64,000 nt of DNA from Eledone cirrhosa (GCA_964016885.1 OZ024744.1:58714001-58778000); one strand, 5' to 3'; positions 1 to 12,740 are shown, counted from the first letter of the stretch. The notes: generated from the sequence alone by a model not told the origin. Program-made: numbers and translations.

Positions 1-118
1 ATGAGTGTGGAAGTGAACGAGTGTTGATGAAGATTTAAAGGAATTAAAGCATACACATATACACATACATATATATACAGAAAATAGTGAATGTACATAT
101 ATATATATACACAGCAAG

Positions 119-238
119 ATAATTGTTTCTACTTTAGGCACAAGGCCAGCAATTACCCAGTGCATTACTGGTACTTTATTTTATCGACACCCGTAAGGAT
201 GAAAGGCAAAGTTAACCTCGGCGGGATTTGAACTCAAG
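119..238 (-). mobile_element. tRNA-derived SINE, 5'-truncated (family A)
   Basis: Reverse complement reads GAGTTCAAATCCCGCCGAGGTTAACTTTGCCTTTCATCCTTACGG...GATAAAATAAAGTACCAG...AGAAACAATT, matching the copies at 9966-10153 and 23086-23270; the B-box is present. Confidence 0.8.
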
Positions 239-239
239 T

Positions 240-621
240 GGAAAATGATTTATATCTGGATTTTGCAAAGGCTTCAGACAAAGTTAGTCATAGGACTATA
301 TGCTACACACTTCGTGATCTCAGTTTAGTCGGAAAATATAAAAGTAACTGTATAACTTCCTGAAAGGCAGAAGTTATGAATCATACTCTCTCGAAATTCA
401 TCTATCCCGGGCTGGGGTGCTACATGAGACAGTTTTGGGTCCCTTATTGTTTGTAATAACTCTATCATGATTGTTACACAGTCACCTTCATAAACTATGC
501 CGATGATATCAAAATACCAAAAGCAATAAAAAGCCTGGGAACAATAAAGGCTTACAGAAGAGCCTCAATGTTATAACCAGATGGACCGAAGAAAACAAGG
601 TGAAATTCACCTGAGTAAAGT

Positions 622-679
<58 letters not shown>

Positions 680-2340
680 ACATCATCAGGCGTTCTCAGC
701 CGAAATGGACTCAACAATTGATCCTCTAGTGGGTCTGTCGTTCATTGCCGTTGCCAAGTGCTGGATTTCAATACCAGTATCTCTAGAGATGACATCGGGA
801 TAGGAGAGCTTGTGACCCCTGTTATTAGTGACCGCTTGTGGTTTCCAAAGCACTAATGGAGACACAGCCTCATAGGTGGCACGATGGCAATGGTCAGCAA
901 ATCTTACTCTCCTTTTACGTACAACATCAGATATGCGTGGGAGGCCGGCATATATTTCTCTCAAAGTCAGATGTCGCCAGCTTATGTTCTGAATGTGTTG
1001 AAGTAGGCGAGTGTAAGTGTCATCAAGGTGCTCTTGTTTGGGTGAAAACGTCCGTGTTTCACTTCCATATAGCAAGATTAGTTGAATTGTTACTTGGAAG
1101 AGTCTGATTTTGGTGTGGTTGGAAAGATTTGAGCCCCAAACTCAATCCATCTTATTGAACACTGACCATGCTTGGGCCCTTCTGTGGTTAAATCCTTCTC
1201 AGAGTCCATGATCCAGGACCCAAGATACTTGAAATCCTCGACTTGCTTGCAGAGACATTCTGTTTGAAATTCTACCCTTGTATGGCATCCCAGCAAGACT
1301 TGTGGAAGCAATTAAGGCTCTGTATCTCAACACAAGTGCCAGTATCATCACCCCTGATGGCCCAACAGAGTTCTTTGACATCTCAGCAGGAGTGCTGCAG
1401 GATGACACTCTTGCCCCATTCCTCTTTATCATTGCACTAGACTATGCCCTGAGACTCTCCATTGACAAAATCAATAACAAAGGTATAACCATCAAACCCC
1501 ACTTGAGCTCTAGGCACCCCTCCAAACATCTCACTGACCTCGAATTTGCAGATGACATTGCACTTCTTGCAGATTGCCTAGAAAATACACAACAATTTTT
1601 GACATCTCTCCAGGAAGCAAGCCGCCTTGTTGGCCTTCATCTCAACGAGGGTAAACCAGAGTACATATCAAATTGTACAGGCAACAGGATCAAAGTAAAG
1701 TTTCAATTGCTTCGCCAATAAGTCATCCAGCACACCAGACCATGTATATACACGGAAAAAACTGTAATACAGGAATCAGAAACTGGATGGCAACTGGGAA
1801 TTGTAATGAGTAATAACGCATAATTCCATCAATATGTTACCAAAATACCAAAAACATACGCGTGAAGATTACCGGAATGGACTTTGAGAACTTTCAGACC
1901 ACGAACATAAGAGGTCATATTTGTTCTCTAGAAAACCCTATTTGAACTAGAAGCAATCCAAAAGAACTACACAAAATGATTGATTCCTTGCACCAGATGA
2001 ATTGTAGGGATAGATTAAAAGCCTTGGTATGGACAAAGAGACTGTATTCAATTATCTACATCTGAACAGTTCTGTAGAGACTCGCGCCAAAGTTAGGCAT
2101 CATTGCATAATTCCAAAAGATCCACCCTCTCCCCCTCGCATGAGAACAATATTCTGCAACAGTCTGGGATTCAAGGGGCCACAGCTCTTTATTACATTTA
2201 CGTGTATCCTTTATGTTTTCAAAGAAAACATAAAGGATACACGTGGAGTTGGTATCAATACTTTCAAAAAAGAAGTTGGATATGCTGCAATGCTGCAATG
2301 TACAATCCCTGACAAACCTACATCCAGGCAGGAAACAAAT
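240..2340 (+). pseudogene. Degenerate CR1/L2-like LINE RT and C-terminus (240-613 and 1706-2340), split by an RTE insertion
   Basis: Motif remnants YLDFAKASDKVSH (~250), YADDIKI (~495), KFQLLR (1698), LEAIQKNYTK (~1950) and SLGFKGPQLF (~2160); many stops. Confidence 0.65.
626..1693. mobile_element. RTE-like LINE insertion, 5'-truncated and 5'-inverted, with (TGA)n tail and 12-bp TSD
   Basis: TSD AGTAAAGTTTCA at 614-625 and 1694-1705. The (CAT)n run at 623-686 is the tail on the minus strand. The minus strand at 686-1277 encodes QVEDFKYLGS...LYGSET; the plus strand at 1278-1693 encodes the RT core GVLQDDTLAPFLF...FADDIALL. Confidence 0.85.
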
Positions 2341-2421
2341 GAGTGTATTGTGTGTGTGTGGGTGTGTGGTGTGTGTATGTGTGTGGTGTGTGTGTGTACG
2401 CGTGTGCGTGTGCGTGTACGC

Positions 2422-2653
2422 GTTTCTAACTCAATATATATATATATATATACGCTTTTGGCTTCTAATACCTTCACCGATCTCTTCTTTCCTATCTACA
2501 TCTCTCTATCTAAGATTGGTTTACTCTTGAACTGTGTGTATATATATATATACACACAGTTCAAGAGATAGAGAGATGTAGATAGGAAAGGAGAGATCGG
2601 TGAAGGTATTAGAAGCCAAAAGCGTATATATATATATATATTGAGTTAGAAAC
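2422..2653. repeat. ~230-bp fold-back palindrome
   Basis: GTTTCTAACTCAA(TA)nCGCTTTTGGCTTCTAATACC...CTCTATCT pairs with its reverse complement ending at 2653; inner palindrome TCTTGAACTGTGTG(TA)nCACACAGTTCAAGA. Confidence 0.85.
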
Positions 2654-2710
2654 TCAAAATACTCTCTTACAATTAAATAGCTCAAAGAAAGAAGTTTTTC
2701 TGAGCCGTGT

Positions 2711-3056
2711 AATATAATTGAATATAAAAGAGAGATAAACACAGATATATACATCTATGTGTTCAAATTGTAAGGGACCAAGTTCGCTAGGGTGAAAAAA
2801 ATACTAACTATAACAATAGTTTGCCAGACTCAATTTAAAGTAATAAATCAAGAAAAAGAAAAACAAACCTATATTGGACAACTGCCAGAACACCCAGACA
2901 ACTTTGGTAGCTGCTTCGCAATTTTTAGCGAAGGAAATTACCAATTCTTTGCTCATCAGTGGGTGTATATTTTTCACCATAGTGAACTTGGTCCCTAACA
3001 ATTTGAACATATATGTTTACATCTGTGTTTATCTCTCTTTTGTATTCAATTATATA
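2711..3056. repeat. Inverted repeat, ~88-bp arms with a ~170-bp spacer, next to a hammerhead motif (PLE-type inversion)
   Basis: 2711-2799 is the reverse complement of 2970-3056 with several mismatches. Confidence 0.75.
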
Positions 3057-3077
3057 TATATAGTTTTAATATAGATG

Positions 3078-3128
3078 AGATTCTACAGGACTAGAACTGT
3101 TTCATTCTTTAGAAATCATCAGGAATCT
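3078..3128 (-). ncRNA. Type I hammerhead ribozyme motif
   Basis: Minus strand AGAUUC-CUGAUGA-U UUC UAAA GAA U-GAA-ACAG UUCUAGUC CUGU-A-GAAUCU: 6-bp helix I, intact core, 4-bp helix III, GUA cleavage triplet. Confidence 0.75.
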
Positions 3129-3174
3129 GGGTATCAAAAAATAAGTATGCTTATATATATATATATATATATAC

Positions 3175-3210
<36 letters not shown>

Positions 3211-3211
<1 letters not shown>

Positions 3212-3603
3212 AAAAGGTAAACAGAAATAACAACACAAATGGTACAGTATATGGAAGGAATATATTAGTTTAACGGCTTGAAGTAGCAGGAAGGGAGTTT
3301 TAACGTTTCGGACGCTAGTCCTTCATCTGAAAAAAGATTGATAAATTAGAAAGATTGAAGGGACGGGCAGGACGGAATATGAGGGTACTGAGGTGAGAGA
3401 GAAATAGACGGGTGAGATGGAAAAGGTGGAAGTAAGAAGAGTGTCGTGGAGGAAAAGTGATAGAGACTCGTGGTGTTATCAAATGCAAGAAGCAAAGAAT
3501 ATATCAATGATACGAAAAGATTTCCAGGCGGAAGTTCAGGTAAACTCTGGGAGTAGATCCAGTTTCAGAATGGAAATCCAATTTGAAAATCCAGCGAAGA
3601 GTT

Positions 3604-3668
<65 letters not shown>

Positions 3669-3716
3669 GGTAAACAGAAATAACAACACAAACGGTACAG
3701 TATATGGAAGGAATAT
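3211..3716 (-). mobile_element. Short PLE-derived non-coding element with 53-bp terminal direct repeats and a mutated minimal hammerhead (3297-3334)
   Basis: TAAAAGGTAAACAGAAATAACAACACAAA.GGTACAGTATATGGAAGGAATAT at 3211 and 3664; minus strand CAGAUGAA-GGAC UAGC GUCC-GAAACGUUA (core U4 to A). Confidence 0.55.
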
Positions 3717-3734
3717 ATATTCATTATATTTAAG

Positions 3735-4034
3735 GCCGTTCGTCAGCCAAAATGTCGTAAGCCGAAACTATTTTCCCCATAAATATTGAGTGAGAAATAT
3801 AGTGAGAGAGAAATATAGTGAGAGAGAGACTATGTGAGAGACAGAGAGACATCACCATAGTAACTAACTACACAACAAGTGACGTCTTCCCGTCGTTATT
3901 CCCAACTTGTCGCCACCCGTTATTCCTGTACGTTACTCGTGACACAGTTTGTCAACCGAGACGTTTTATATTCGGAAAATTGTTCATGAACTGATTTGTT
4001 CGTGATGAGAGACGTTCGTGAACCGAGGTTTCAC

Positions 4035-4037
<3 letters not shown>
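3735..4037. mobile_element. Tigger/pogo-like DNA transposon (MITE) remnant, only one TIR visible
   Basis: Ends in GTTCGTGAACCGAGGTTTCACTG, the reverse complement of a CAGTG-type Tc1/pogo TIR. Confidence 0.4.
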
Positions 4038-4091
<54 letters not shown>

Positions 4092-4147
4092 CAGGAAAGA
4101 AGAGTGACACGGTTTGCTATACAAAAAAGGTTTTTAATCTCATTGCT

Positions 4148-4253
4148 GCTGACAATTGTTTCTCTGAACTGGTAGGTCTAGAGATCGCTATCCGCTTATT
4201 TTCACGTTACTCGATCACCAATACAAAGTTATAACCAGTCAATTCATCGGAGC
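4148..4253 (-). ncRNA. Degenerate type I hammerhead with long stem II
   Basis: Minus strand GCU-CCGAUGA-..UGACUGGU (~60 nt) ACCAGUUCA..-GAAAC AAUU GUC-AGC; core U4 mutated to C; lies next to (TA)n. Confidence 0.45.
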
Positions 4254-4669
4254 TTGTGAGTATGAAAAGAATATACAGGCATATATATACTACTATATAT
4301 AGTAGTAATGGCATTCAATCAGAACAATAACAACAATACTAACAATGCTAGCAATAAATTATTTGAAATAATCACATCAATCTAGGTGGGAAGTATAGTA
4401 TATCTACGATTTTAGCGTGTAAAACATATATATGATGGAAAATACGTGCTGCGTTGTTGCGGATGTGATACATAAGAAATAGAGTAAGAAGCCAGGACTA
4501 TCCGTCATCAGTGATCTTCTGGCCATCATAGGTATTTCTTCGCATATGTAGCAGTACGAAGATTAAAAAAAAAAACCCACAAACAAAACCAACATATCTA
4601 TGACAGACGAAGTCTTTCATGCGTTCATTGTCCTACTTAGGAGGTTATTTACAAGATAAACATTAAGTG

Positions 4670-4775
<106 letters not shown>

Positions 4776-4959
4776 TTTCAGTACTGCTACATATTACGTT
4801 TGGCCTGAATAAAGCAGAAAAGCAAAAACATTCATGACATTGGAAGAGGTTATTACCACTGAATACATTTAAAGAAATATCCAATCTTCTGCACTATGGA
4901 TGACAAATATCATCTGTGTGGTGTGCATTTCTTGAAATAATACATCACATTCCATTAGG

Positions 4960-5185
4960 AGCGAGGAAGTTTACAGTTCACACCTATACGGTTTAGCTGA
5001 CCTACAACGAGTTTGCATTTCACAAGAAGTTTATTTGGTGTTTTAATGAAAAAGACTCCAGTCCTACCTTGAAAAACAACGTGAAATTAAGCGTCTTGAT
5101 CAAGATCACAACGCATCGTCAGGTTCAGGAGTCGAACCCATGAGTTTATGATCCGAGTCCATCGCTCTAACCACTAGGCCACGTT
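4960..5185 (-). mobile_element. tRNA-derived SINE (family B)
   Basis: Minus strand CGTGGCCTAGTGGTTAGAGCG...GGTTCGACTCC (A and B boxes) followed by a GTGATCTTGATCAAGACGCTTAA core-like domain; related copy at 40705-40960. Confidence 0.65.
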
Positions 5186-5884
5186 CCTACACTTATCATT
5201 TGTATGTCCTACACTGCCTCCAACAAAATATACGTGGGGAAGACAATAACGTAGTAAAGCTGATATATTAATACATATACCAAGTCAAATATGAACTGCT
5301 TTAAGGAAAAAACTCTCAGGTTCTCATATGACACTTCAATTGTCTTAGAAAAATAACTATGGGGCACACAGACACACTCCTAGATGTCACATAAGACTGA
5401 CGAAATTTCTCGTTTAAACAGTTTACAACGCATGAAGAGATGGATTCATGTTTATACAATGCAGCTTCCTCTGGAATACGTCATTTTACTTTATATGCGA
5501 TAGAACTGGATTCCTTCAAAAATCAAATTTACTTGGATAAACTTGCCGAAAATCATTTCTCTGGATGCTTGAAAGAATGGACATGTTTATAAAAGCGCAT
5601 CTCGAATTTATTTTGAGTTAAGTCTTAAATCAGATTAACTGAAAACTAATTCAAGATGCGTTTTTACTAACATATCTAATTTTACTAACACGCAAACCAT
5701 ACATGTGATTCCTCTCCAAGGCAGAAATTTCAAATTTCCTTCCCATCATTGTTGTCCAGGCTAGGCTCTATACTCTAACGTTGTTAAAAAAAGTTGGTGT
5801 CTGACCATGAGAAAGTCAGTTTTATCATTTTTTTTTTTTTTTGCCTTAAAGTTTTTGTCTATGAGATACCCGTACACACAAAAA

Positions 5885-6330
5885 ATTAGAAGTTCTGGGA
5901 AGTGAGTGGCATGTTAATAAGGAGAGGAATGTCATTGAAACTGAAGGGAAAGCTGTAAGCTGTGAATATGAGATATGCCATTGAGCAAGACACTAGTGAT
6001 AGACGGTCATCAACCAGAATATGGGGCGGAAGAGAAGAATGGAAAGAGCAAAAATGAGAATGGTAAGGTGGATGAGTGGAATATTGCTTAGAGAAAGACA
6101 AACAATGAATTGCAGGGGTTGGTGGGAATAGAACCAGTGATGAATGTTCTGAAGAGAAATGGAACGAGATGGTTGGATCGTGTGTAGAGGAAGGATGAAG
6201 GTGGCTGGGTGCGAGGAGTGATTAAAAGGAATGTGTGGAGGGTAGAAAAAGGGGAAGACCAAAAAATACATGACATGGGATGATATTGGAGGAAATGAAA
6301 GCCAGAGTATTGTCGAAGGAAAATGCAATC
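5885..6330 (+). pseudogene. Degenerate RTE-like LINE 3' remnant
   Basis: Remnants such as MSLKLKGKL and RWLDRV.RKD; heavily mutated. Confidence 0.4.
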
Positions 6331-6574
6331 AATATGGCAAAATGTAGAGGTTTGTCATGGGGCCTGCATGGGGAACTGGTTTTAAAGTGCTTGTTAGTGT
6401 TGAGGGGACCCATCAAACCTGAACGGCCCCAAGGTCTAAATCCGGCCCTGCATGTTGGGACAATTTCTTCCAGAGAAAGAGAGAGAGGGGGGAGAGGGGG
6501 AGAATGAAAGGATGAGAAAAGAGAGACAAAAGAAGAATTGACACCTCCTCCCCTCCCTCCCTTAACTGTTATAT

Positions 6575-6690
6575 CATTTATCAACGTCGAAAGGGCGAAA
6601 GGTAAAGCTGACCACGAGGAAATTTGAAATTAGACCCCGCAGAGAGCCAAAACAAATACAATGAAACATTCTATCCGGCCTTCTAACGAC
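6575..6690 (-). mobile_element. Degenerate family A SINE
   Basis: TTTATCAACGTCGAAAGGGCGAAAGGTAAAGCTGACCACGAGGAAATTTGAA resembles the family A core. Confidence 0.45.
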
Positions 6691-7319
6691 TCTAAATTTT
6701 TTCTAATGTCTTCACCACATCCCAAACATCTCCAACCAGCATCAACTGTTGACTATCTATCACACCCAGCTCTCGCTATGATGTCATTATAGCACTTGAA
6801 TACTTCAACATACACACAACCCCTGCTGGTTCTCACTCTCTCATTTCTGACACATAGACTGAATCGTTTGTCACCCTCAACAGTCTTTACCATTTTAGTA
6901 TCAACTACCGCCAGAGCCGATGCCTGGATGTCTAGCACCCTAGGCTGATTAAGGAGTGTGCTCCCTGCTCGTCTCCTGGCTGTGCGCCACATTCTACTAA
7001 AACAAAATAATTTCTACTTATAGTTTGGTAAGCTGATGAACCTATTTTTGATACTTCTTCCGCTGACGATGGTGAGAAAATTACTAAGGCTGCTTTTTCC
7101 CCTACACTCACTCACACCCTCTTTACCAATTTTGATATTTCCTCAATGCTACGCAGCAAAGATGTTTAGCGATTTATTAATTTATTGCAGGAAATTATAA
7201 TATATTTAAATTAATTCTACAAATTTGTCTAAATTTGAGATTCTTTAATATTCAATAATGTGCCTCTCTGAGTTCTTCGCCCTAGTTATTCAAGTTTGGA
7301 TAAGGCGGAATATGGACGA

Positions 7320-7620
7320 GTTAAATAACACCATGTCGTCTGCAAATTCCAGCTGACTGTTCCTACACCCGCCAGTCGCGATACCACTTCGAACCCTGCT
7401 GCGCATATCAATCCAGTTCATGAAGATTATGACGGAGTCCGATTCCCACATTGAATGGTTTCGATTTAACACCATTTATCCGAATACAAGTACTAGGGCA
7501 TCCGTTTAGAGACATCAGGGCACCAAGAACCTGACCATGGATCCCATTGTCCTGCATAACCTTCCACAGCAGGTCCCGTGGAACACGATCGTATGCCTTT
7601 TCGATGTCTACAAAGCAAGT
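7320..7620 (-). pseudogene. RTE-like RT fragment
   Basis: Minus strand FVDIEKAYDRVPRDLLWKV and FADDMVL. Confidence 0.6.
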
Positions 7621-7859
7621 AGGTCTGATAAAACTACAATATTATGACTGGCGAGAATAAGACCACCAAAAGAACACTGCACTGTGGCTAGACACAACAA
7701 AAGAAGTCATATCGCATCATCTTTCACGTGGGTTACCAAGAGATGCGTTCAGGCCTTAGGTAGAGTTGCCTGTTTGAAAATATATATTACAGTTTCCATC
7801 TCATGCTGTAAAATACTGGCAATCGGCATGCGACCTGTCTTTGGTGGCATTGGACGGAC

Positions 7860-8845
7860 ACAGAAAGATTGTCTATCCGGAGACCTCAAAAAGGGTTCTG
7901 AAGGGGACAAACTGCAACCAATTGAAACCTAGAACATCCCAACCCTTACAGGTAAGGAGCAGGAATTAGTGGAGACCAGATGCTACCGACCAGGTATAGT
8001 CGGGGTTTACTCAACAAAGTTCCATGGCTCTAGTACTTTAGATTTGAATGGAGGATGAAAACTCCACTACTCAGGTGTGGAGCGAGAAAAGACTGCATGG
8101 GCCTGAGAGGGCACACTAACAAGCCCCCGGCTGTCAGAATGTTTTGTGGGCTGTATCCCATTAGGAGGGGGGATTTGCTTCTTTAAGCTTAGGCTGAAAG
8201 ATAGGTCTCTGTAAAGTGGTGTAAGTTTATGCACCAAACAAAGAGTCCGAATACAGATGTTTCCTTGATAAAGTCAGTGCAGCGTTAGATTAGGATATAT
8301 ATCCTAATGGATACTTCAATGTCGCTGACCACCTGACATGGAAAGGGGTGATTGAAGGAACGGCAACCCCGAGCTAAATACGAATTGAGGGGTCTTATTA
8401 AAACCTTCTTCCAGCATAGAGACATCCATAAATATACAGGGTATAAGGGGAATCAGGGACAGAGATCAATAATTGATGTTGATGTCTCTGATCTCTTCAA
8501 TTCTGTGCTGGATGTTCATATTAAGATAGGGACTGAGCTGTCAACTGATCACCATAGTTACCTGCAGCTTGAGACTACCTAAAGTCAAAGAACCCACAAA
8601 AATGGTAGGTCCAGGGCAATCTACAGGATAAATTGGGAAACTTTGGTGGATAAGGAAGTCAGGATCAGGTATGCAGATACTATTACATCCAAATTCAGAG
8701 AACTCCCTGAGCAAACTGGGGATGTTGAAACGGAGTGGTGACTATTTAAATCGGCAGTTTCTGCTTCATCTGTTACATGTTGTGGATGAAAACGACTAGG
8801 TATGGCGCCGGGTGGCAGGAGGATCTCTTGGTTCAATGAGAAGGT
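7860..8845 (+). pseudogene. RTE (Expander/Rex3-like) APE endonuclease remnant
   Basis: Remnants TFFQHRDIHKYT, QRSIID and IGTELSTDHH; many stops. Confidence 0.6.
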
Positions 8846-9249
8846 TATATCACTAAATCCCTCTAAATTCTTGATTATTTTCTAAATGATTGAAAAATCA
8901 TACGCAGTGTCTTCCGTTAGAAATATGTTTACTAAAGTGTTGGAGTATTTATATTTATCTAAAAACTTTCCGCGGTGATTCTAAGAATTTCTGTTACAAT
9001 ATATGTTATATACATCAGCTTAATAATGAGAAAATTAGTTGTATTGGTAAATCCCGCTATATTCTTGACTATTCTCAAAATTATTTGAAAACCATATGCA
9101 GTGTCTTTTATAAGAAATACCAGCTGGCTCCGTGTCGTCAAAAATGACAGCTACTTTTAATATTTGATATATAAAAAGGGTACAAAACTAAGTTTTCAGT
9201 TTAATAATTCTTTTATTACAAAATGTTTTGTGAAAAATCAATCCGCAAT

Positions 9250-11690
9250 TAACATACCTTAATTGCTTGTTTCCTTCAAAATATATTTTAAGCTTTCCTT
9301 CCTTTTCGTATGAGTTAAAGCCACATAAAGTTTGACGTGACTAAATACGGAAGCCGGCAAATAAATACCAACTTTATCGAAGCTCTGTCCTTGCGATGTG
9401 TTCATCATCATGGCGACAGCTAGTATCAGAGGTAACTGCCGTCTGCTCATATTGAAGGGCAGATCTGTTTTACTTGGGCACAAGTCAACTCGTGGTAATA
9501 AAGCTTCATTTCCTTTTTCGCTGCCAGTAATGATTTTTACATGAATATAAAATTCATTAGCAGATAAAACGCCAACCAGCACAACACTTTGATATATCTG
9601 TAAGTCTCCATCGAGAAGTGATAATATCTTTGTCTTTTGGTGTTAAAATAATTTTTGTCGAAATTAAATTTCCAGACGAATTCATGGTCTCAGGTATTTC
9701 TATCAGATCTTCATCTAAGCCCACATCATTAGTGACTGTTCCATTTCTTATGCTAAGAAGCCATGTGTTGAATTCTTCTTGTCCATTTATTCACATATTC
9801 TCAGTTAAGGTAGAAATTATCACATCTGTCCACAGAGGAGAATAACTGATTGAAGATTGAATTATAGCAGCATTTAACCCTCTCGGAATAACAGTCGCAG
9901 TTTGCCTAAAGTCTCCTCCAAGAAGAAGAACTTTACCACCGAAAAGCTTATGGAAGTTCATGGGCAGTGGATTGGCAGTATCGGTAGAGGGTCTGACGCC
10001 ATGCTTAGCAGCAAAGAGTTATGGCCCTTTATGGTCTGAGTTCAAATCCCGCGGAGGTTAACTTTGCCTTTTATCCTTATGGAGTCGATAAAATAAAGTA
10101 CCAGTGATACACTGGGATAATTGCTGGCCTTGTGCCAAAAGTAGAAACAATTATTTCCTTTAGCAGTAGATCAATACACGTCAATACATTTTCTGAAAGC
10201 ATTGACGCCTCATCAATTATTAATAGCTCAGCTAATTTTAATTTTTCAGATTGCTGTGATGAAGTCTTCATTAGTGACGTAGAATTTTCCAAGATAGGCA
10301 CTGGGAGTTTAAAGCCACTGTGTTCTTCCTTGGTGCAATAGATCAGCCGCGATGCCTGTTGAAGCAAGTGAGAAAACATGCTTTCCTTGACGACTCAAAT
10401 AGTATCAAGGTATTGTAGAGGTACGTTTTTCCTGTACCACCGGGACATGACACTAATTGTCTGTCAAAGACGCAATTTGTGCTTCCACTCCAAGGTCGTT
10501 CTGGTTTTGTTCTACATTCTGGGTATTCATCAAAGGCATATCAGCAATCGAAAGATGCAAATCTCGGCATGTCAAACCTTGTAAGGTCATTGTTGTTTCA
10601 ATTTCTTGTAAAGCTAGCTGTGCTGAAATTTCTCTGGTGTATTTCTTCAAACTTTCTTCAAACTCATTGAATAGGACGACAGGATTGACTGGATTATTCA
10701 AAATGTAAATGAATGCAAACAGCTGTTGGAATTGAGTTAGCATATTTGTTGTAGGAGCCTCTTCTAAGCATCTTCTCCACTCATTGTCATTTTGAACCAA
10801 CTACTGCTACTACATATGACTACATCCACGGTTTTCGGTTCCTCGAACCTCCGAGATCGTTTAACGCGCAGCAACAGTCTCATGTAAAATCTTTCCTGTT
10901 ACTTGGGGCTGACAGAATACATTCGACTTATTATTTTTTCAACTCCACATTGTCTGGGAGTCCACAGCATAGTTTTCTTAAACATAATGATAAGGAATGT
11001 TTACATATAGATATTGTCTTGCATTTTCATCATTTTGGTTAAGCAAGAACCATGCTGTTAGAGGAGTGTTGCGTTGTGCAGATCTTTCTATCGCTCTTCT
11101 TTCTTGTCACTCCTCAAAATAGACGGGCTGTTCCCACGGGAGATGAACAGGAAGGTGAATAATTGCGTAGGATCTGTCAAGTAATCTCTACAGTCCTTCC
11201 GGAGCACTCACATATCTGGCATCTAGATAATTATTGATTTCATCATAAATGATGACATTGTTAACAGTTGCTTCGTTGATGCCTACAGTCATCGAAAGCA
11301 CAGATGTGTACGTTGATGTAGCAGTTGTATTTGTGACTTAGATACATGTTATAAGACACAACATATCGGTTGTCCACTACTTTCTGACTAACGTTTAATG
11401 TTGAACCAGAATGTCTTCTGTAGGATGGATAACTATCTCTGTTTTTTAAAGTTTTCCTGTTGAAACTGTTTGGGAAAGCCTTTTGAGCAGTTGCTATTTT
11501 CCATGCAAAGCACTTTAGGGTTTTGTACACCACAAGGACTGTGGATCATACATTTTTTAACAATTTCATAGAGTACTGGTTCTGTCTGAGTCAGTAATTT
11601 CTATACACACAATTTGGACAATTTTTTTCAGTTGTGTTCGGTGTATCACCACGATGAAATATTAATAATAAATGGCTTGCAGACTATGCA
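9250..11690 (-). pseudogene. Old Helitron RepHel remnant (Rep C-terminus plus PIF1 helicase)
   Basis: Fragments NTSQGQSFDKVGIYL, LYVALT, FGGKVLLLGGDFRQ, LLIIDEASM and VDNRYVVSYN; frameshifted and interrupted by a SINE. Confidence 0.8.
9966..10153 (+). mobile_element. Full-length family A SINE inserted in the Helitron helicase remnant
   Basis: A-box TGGCAGTATCGG, B-box GAGTTCAAATCC and GCCTTTTATCCTT...GATAAAATAAAGTACCAG core; splits LLKEI from LFGGKVLL. Confidence 0.8.
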
Positions 11691-11719
11691 TTTCCTATCA
11701 GCACAGGGGAATCTTTGAA

Positions 11720-12089
11720 ATCTTCAAATAAATAAACACATAAATAAATAAATAAAAACAGACAGACACACACCCGGATGTAACGCATGCGAACTAAGCA
11801 CATAACACACATCACACAAAAACAAGATGGTAACAAAGGAGAGACACAAAAAATAAATACCCAGTCACTGAGGATGTCACAGAATGTGTTACGAAAGAGC
11901 TTTGACAATATATAAACAACCTTATGGTTATCGAACCAACCAATCAACTGGAAATTTATAATAACTTCAAGTGGAAAAACAACAGGTGCGTGTGTTTTTA
12001 TTGCCAACATGACCTTCCCAAAGTATAATAATATATTTTTCGACACACGTTTTCAGATAAAAAATCTCACAAAAACAAATTCAAAAACG

Positions 12090-12091
<2 letters not shown>
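11720..12091 (+). mobile_element. Older 3' UTR/pLTR fragment of the PLE family at 54284-58268, with hammerhead at 11864-11906
   Basis: Alignable by eye to 57900-58268 (CACCCGGATGT..CGCATGCG; CCCAGTCACTGA.GA.GTCACAGA; TTGCCAACATGACC); ends at (TA)n. Confidence 0.8.
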
Positions 12092-12125
<34 letters not shown>

Positions 12126-12697
12126 AGAGAGGGGTGGATAGAGGGAGGGTGAGAGAGAAACTGTATTTCATTAAAATATATGCCAACCAAAAGGGTTAAA
12201 AGTCTGCGACCCATTTTTTTCCTCCGAATATTTAAAACACTTCACTTATTTTGCAAATAAATATATCATTGTGAAAAATATGAACATATTTCAACTTCAA
12301 GTTCTCCCTTTCATCTAAACTTCCTAGGCCTCCAAGACTAATTAGGAATTCAAAAGTCGCCGCCATCGGTACAAGTAAGACTCACTTCTTTGAAAAGAGA
12401 TCACAACGTTTAAACGTTTACGCTGGTTTGTTTCAAACACAAAAGAACATTATAAACATTACAAGAAAACGAATGAATTTACTGAATGAGTCAATAAGCG
12501 AGTGAGTTAGGCAATGTCTACTGAAATATTATCAATGTTCAGTAAGTGTTCAGAAGCAGCCAGTGAGCGAGAGTAAAAAAGTTGTAAAACGTGGTAAGCT
12601 GGTTCGGTTCCCATTGTATTCTTTTTATCATTGTAACCGACTAATTCAGCATGTTTCAGCATTAACATATATATGAAGTTGAAATAACACCATTATT

Positions 12698-12740
12698 CTC
12701 TCTCTTTCTCTCTCTTCTTTCTCTTCTCTCTCTTTCTCTC

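Noticed and set aside
4445-4515. Hammerhead-like CUGAUGA-CGGAU...AUCCG on minus
   Set aside because: The GAAA box is missing and there is no helix I or III.
5125-5185. tRNA gene
   Set aside because: A and B boxes are present but I saw no proper acceptor stem, and it continues into a SINE body.
6345-6452. hAT-like MITE (CAGGGCCGGATTTAG end)
   Set aside because: Only one plausible terminus and no TSD; too weak to list as a feature.
7320-8845. Second twin-priming inversion (RT on minus, APE on plus)
   Set aside because: No tail or TSD is visible and the pieces are too degenerate to show they come from one insertion.
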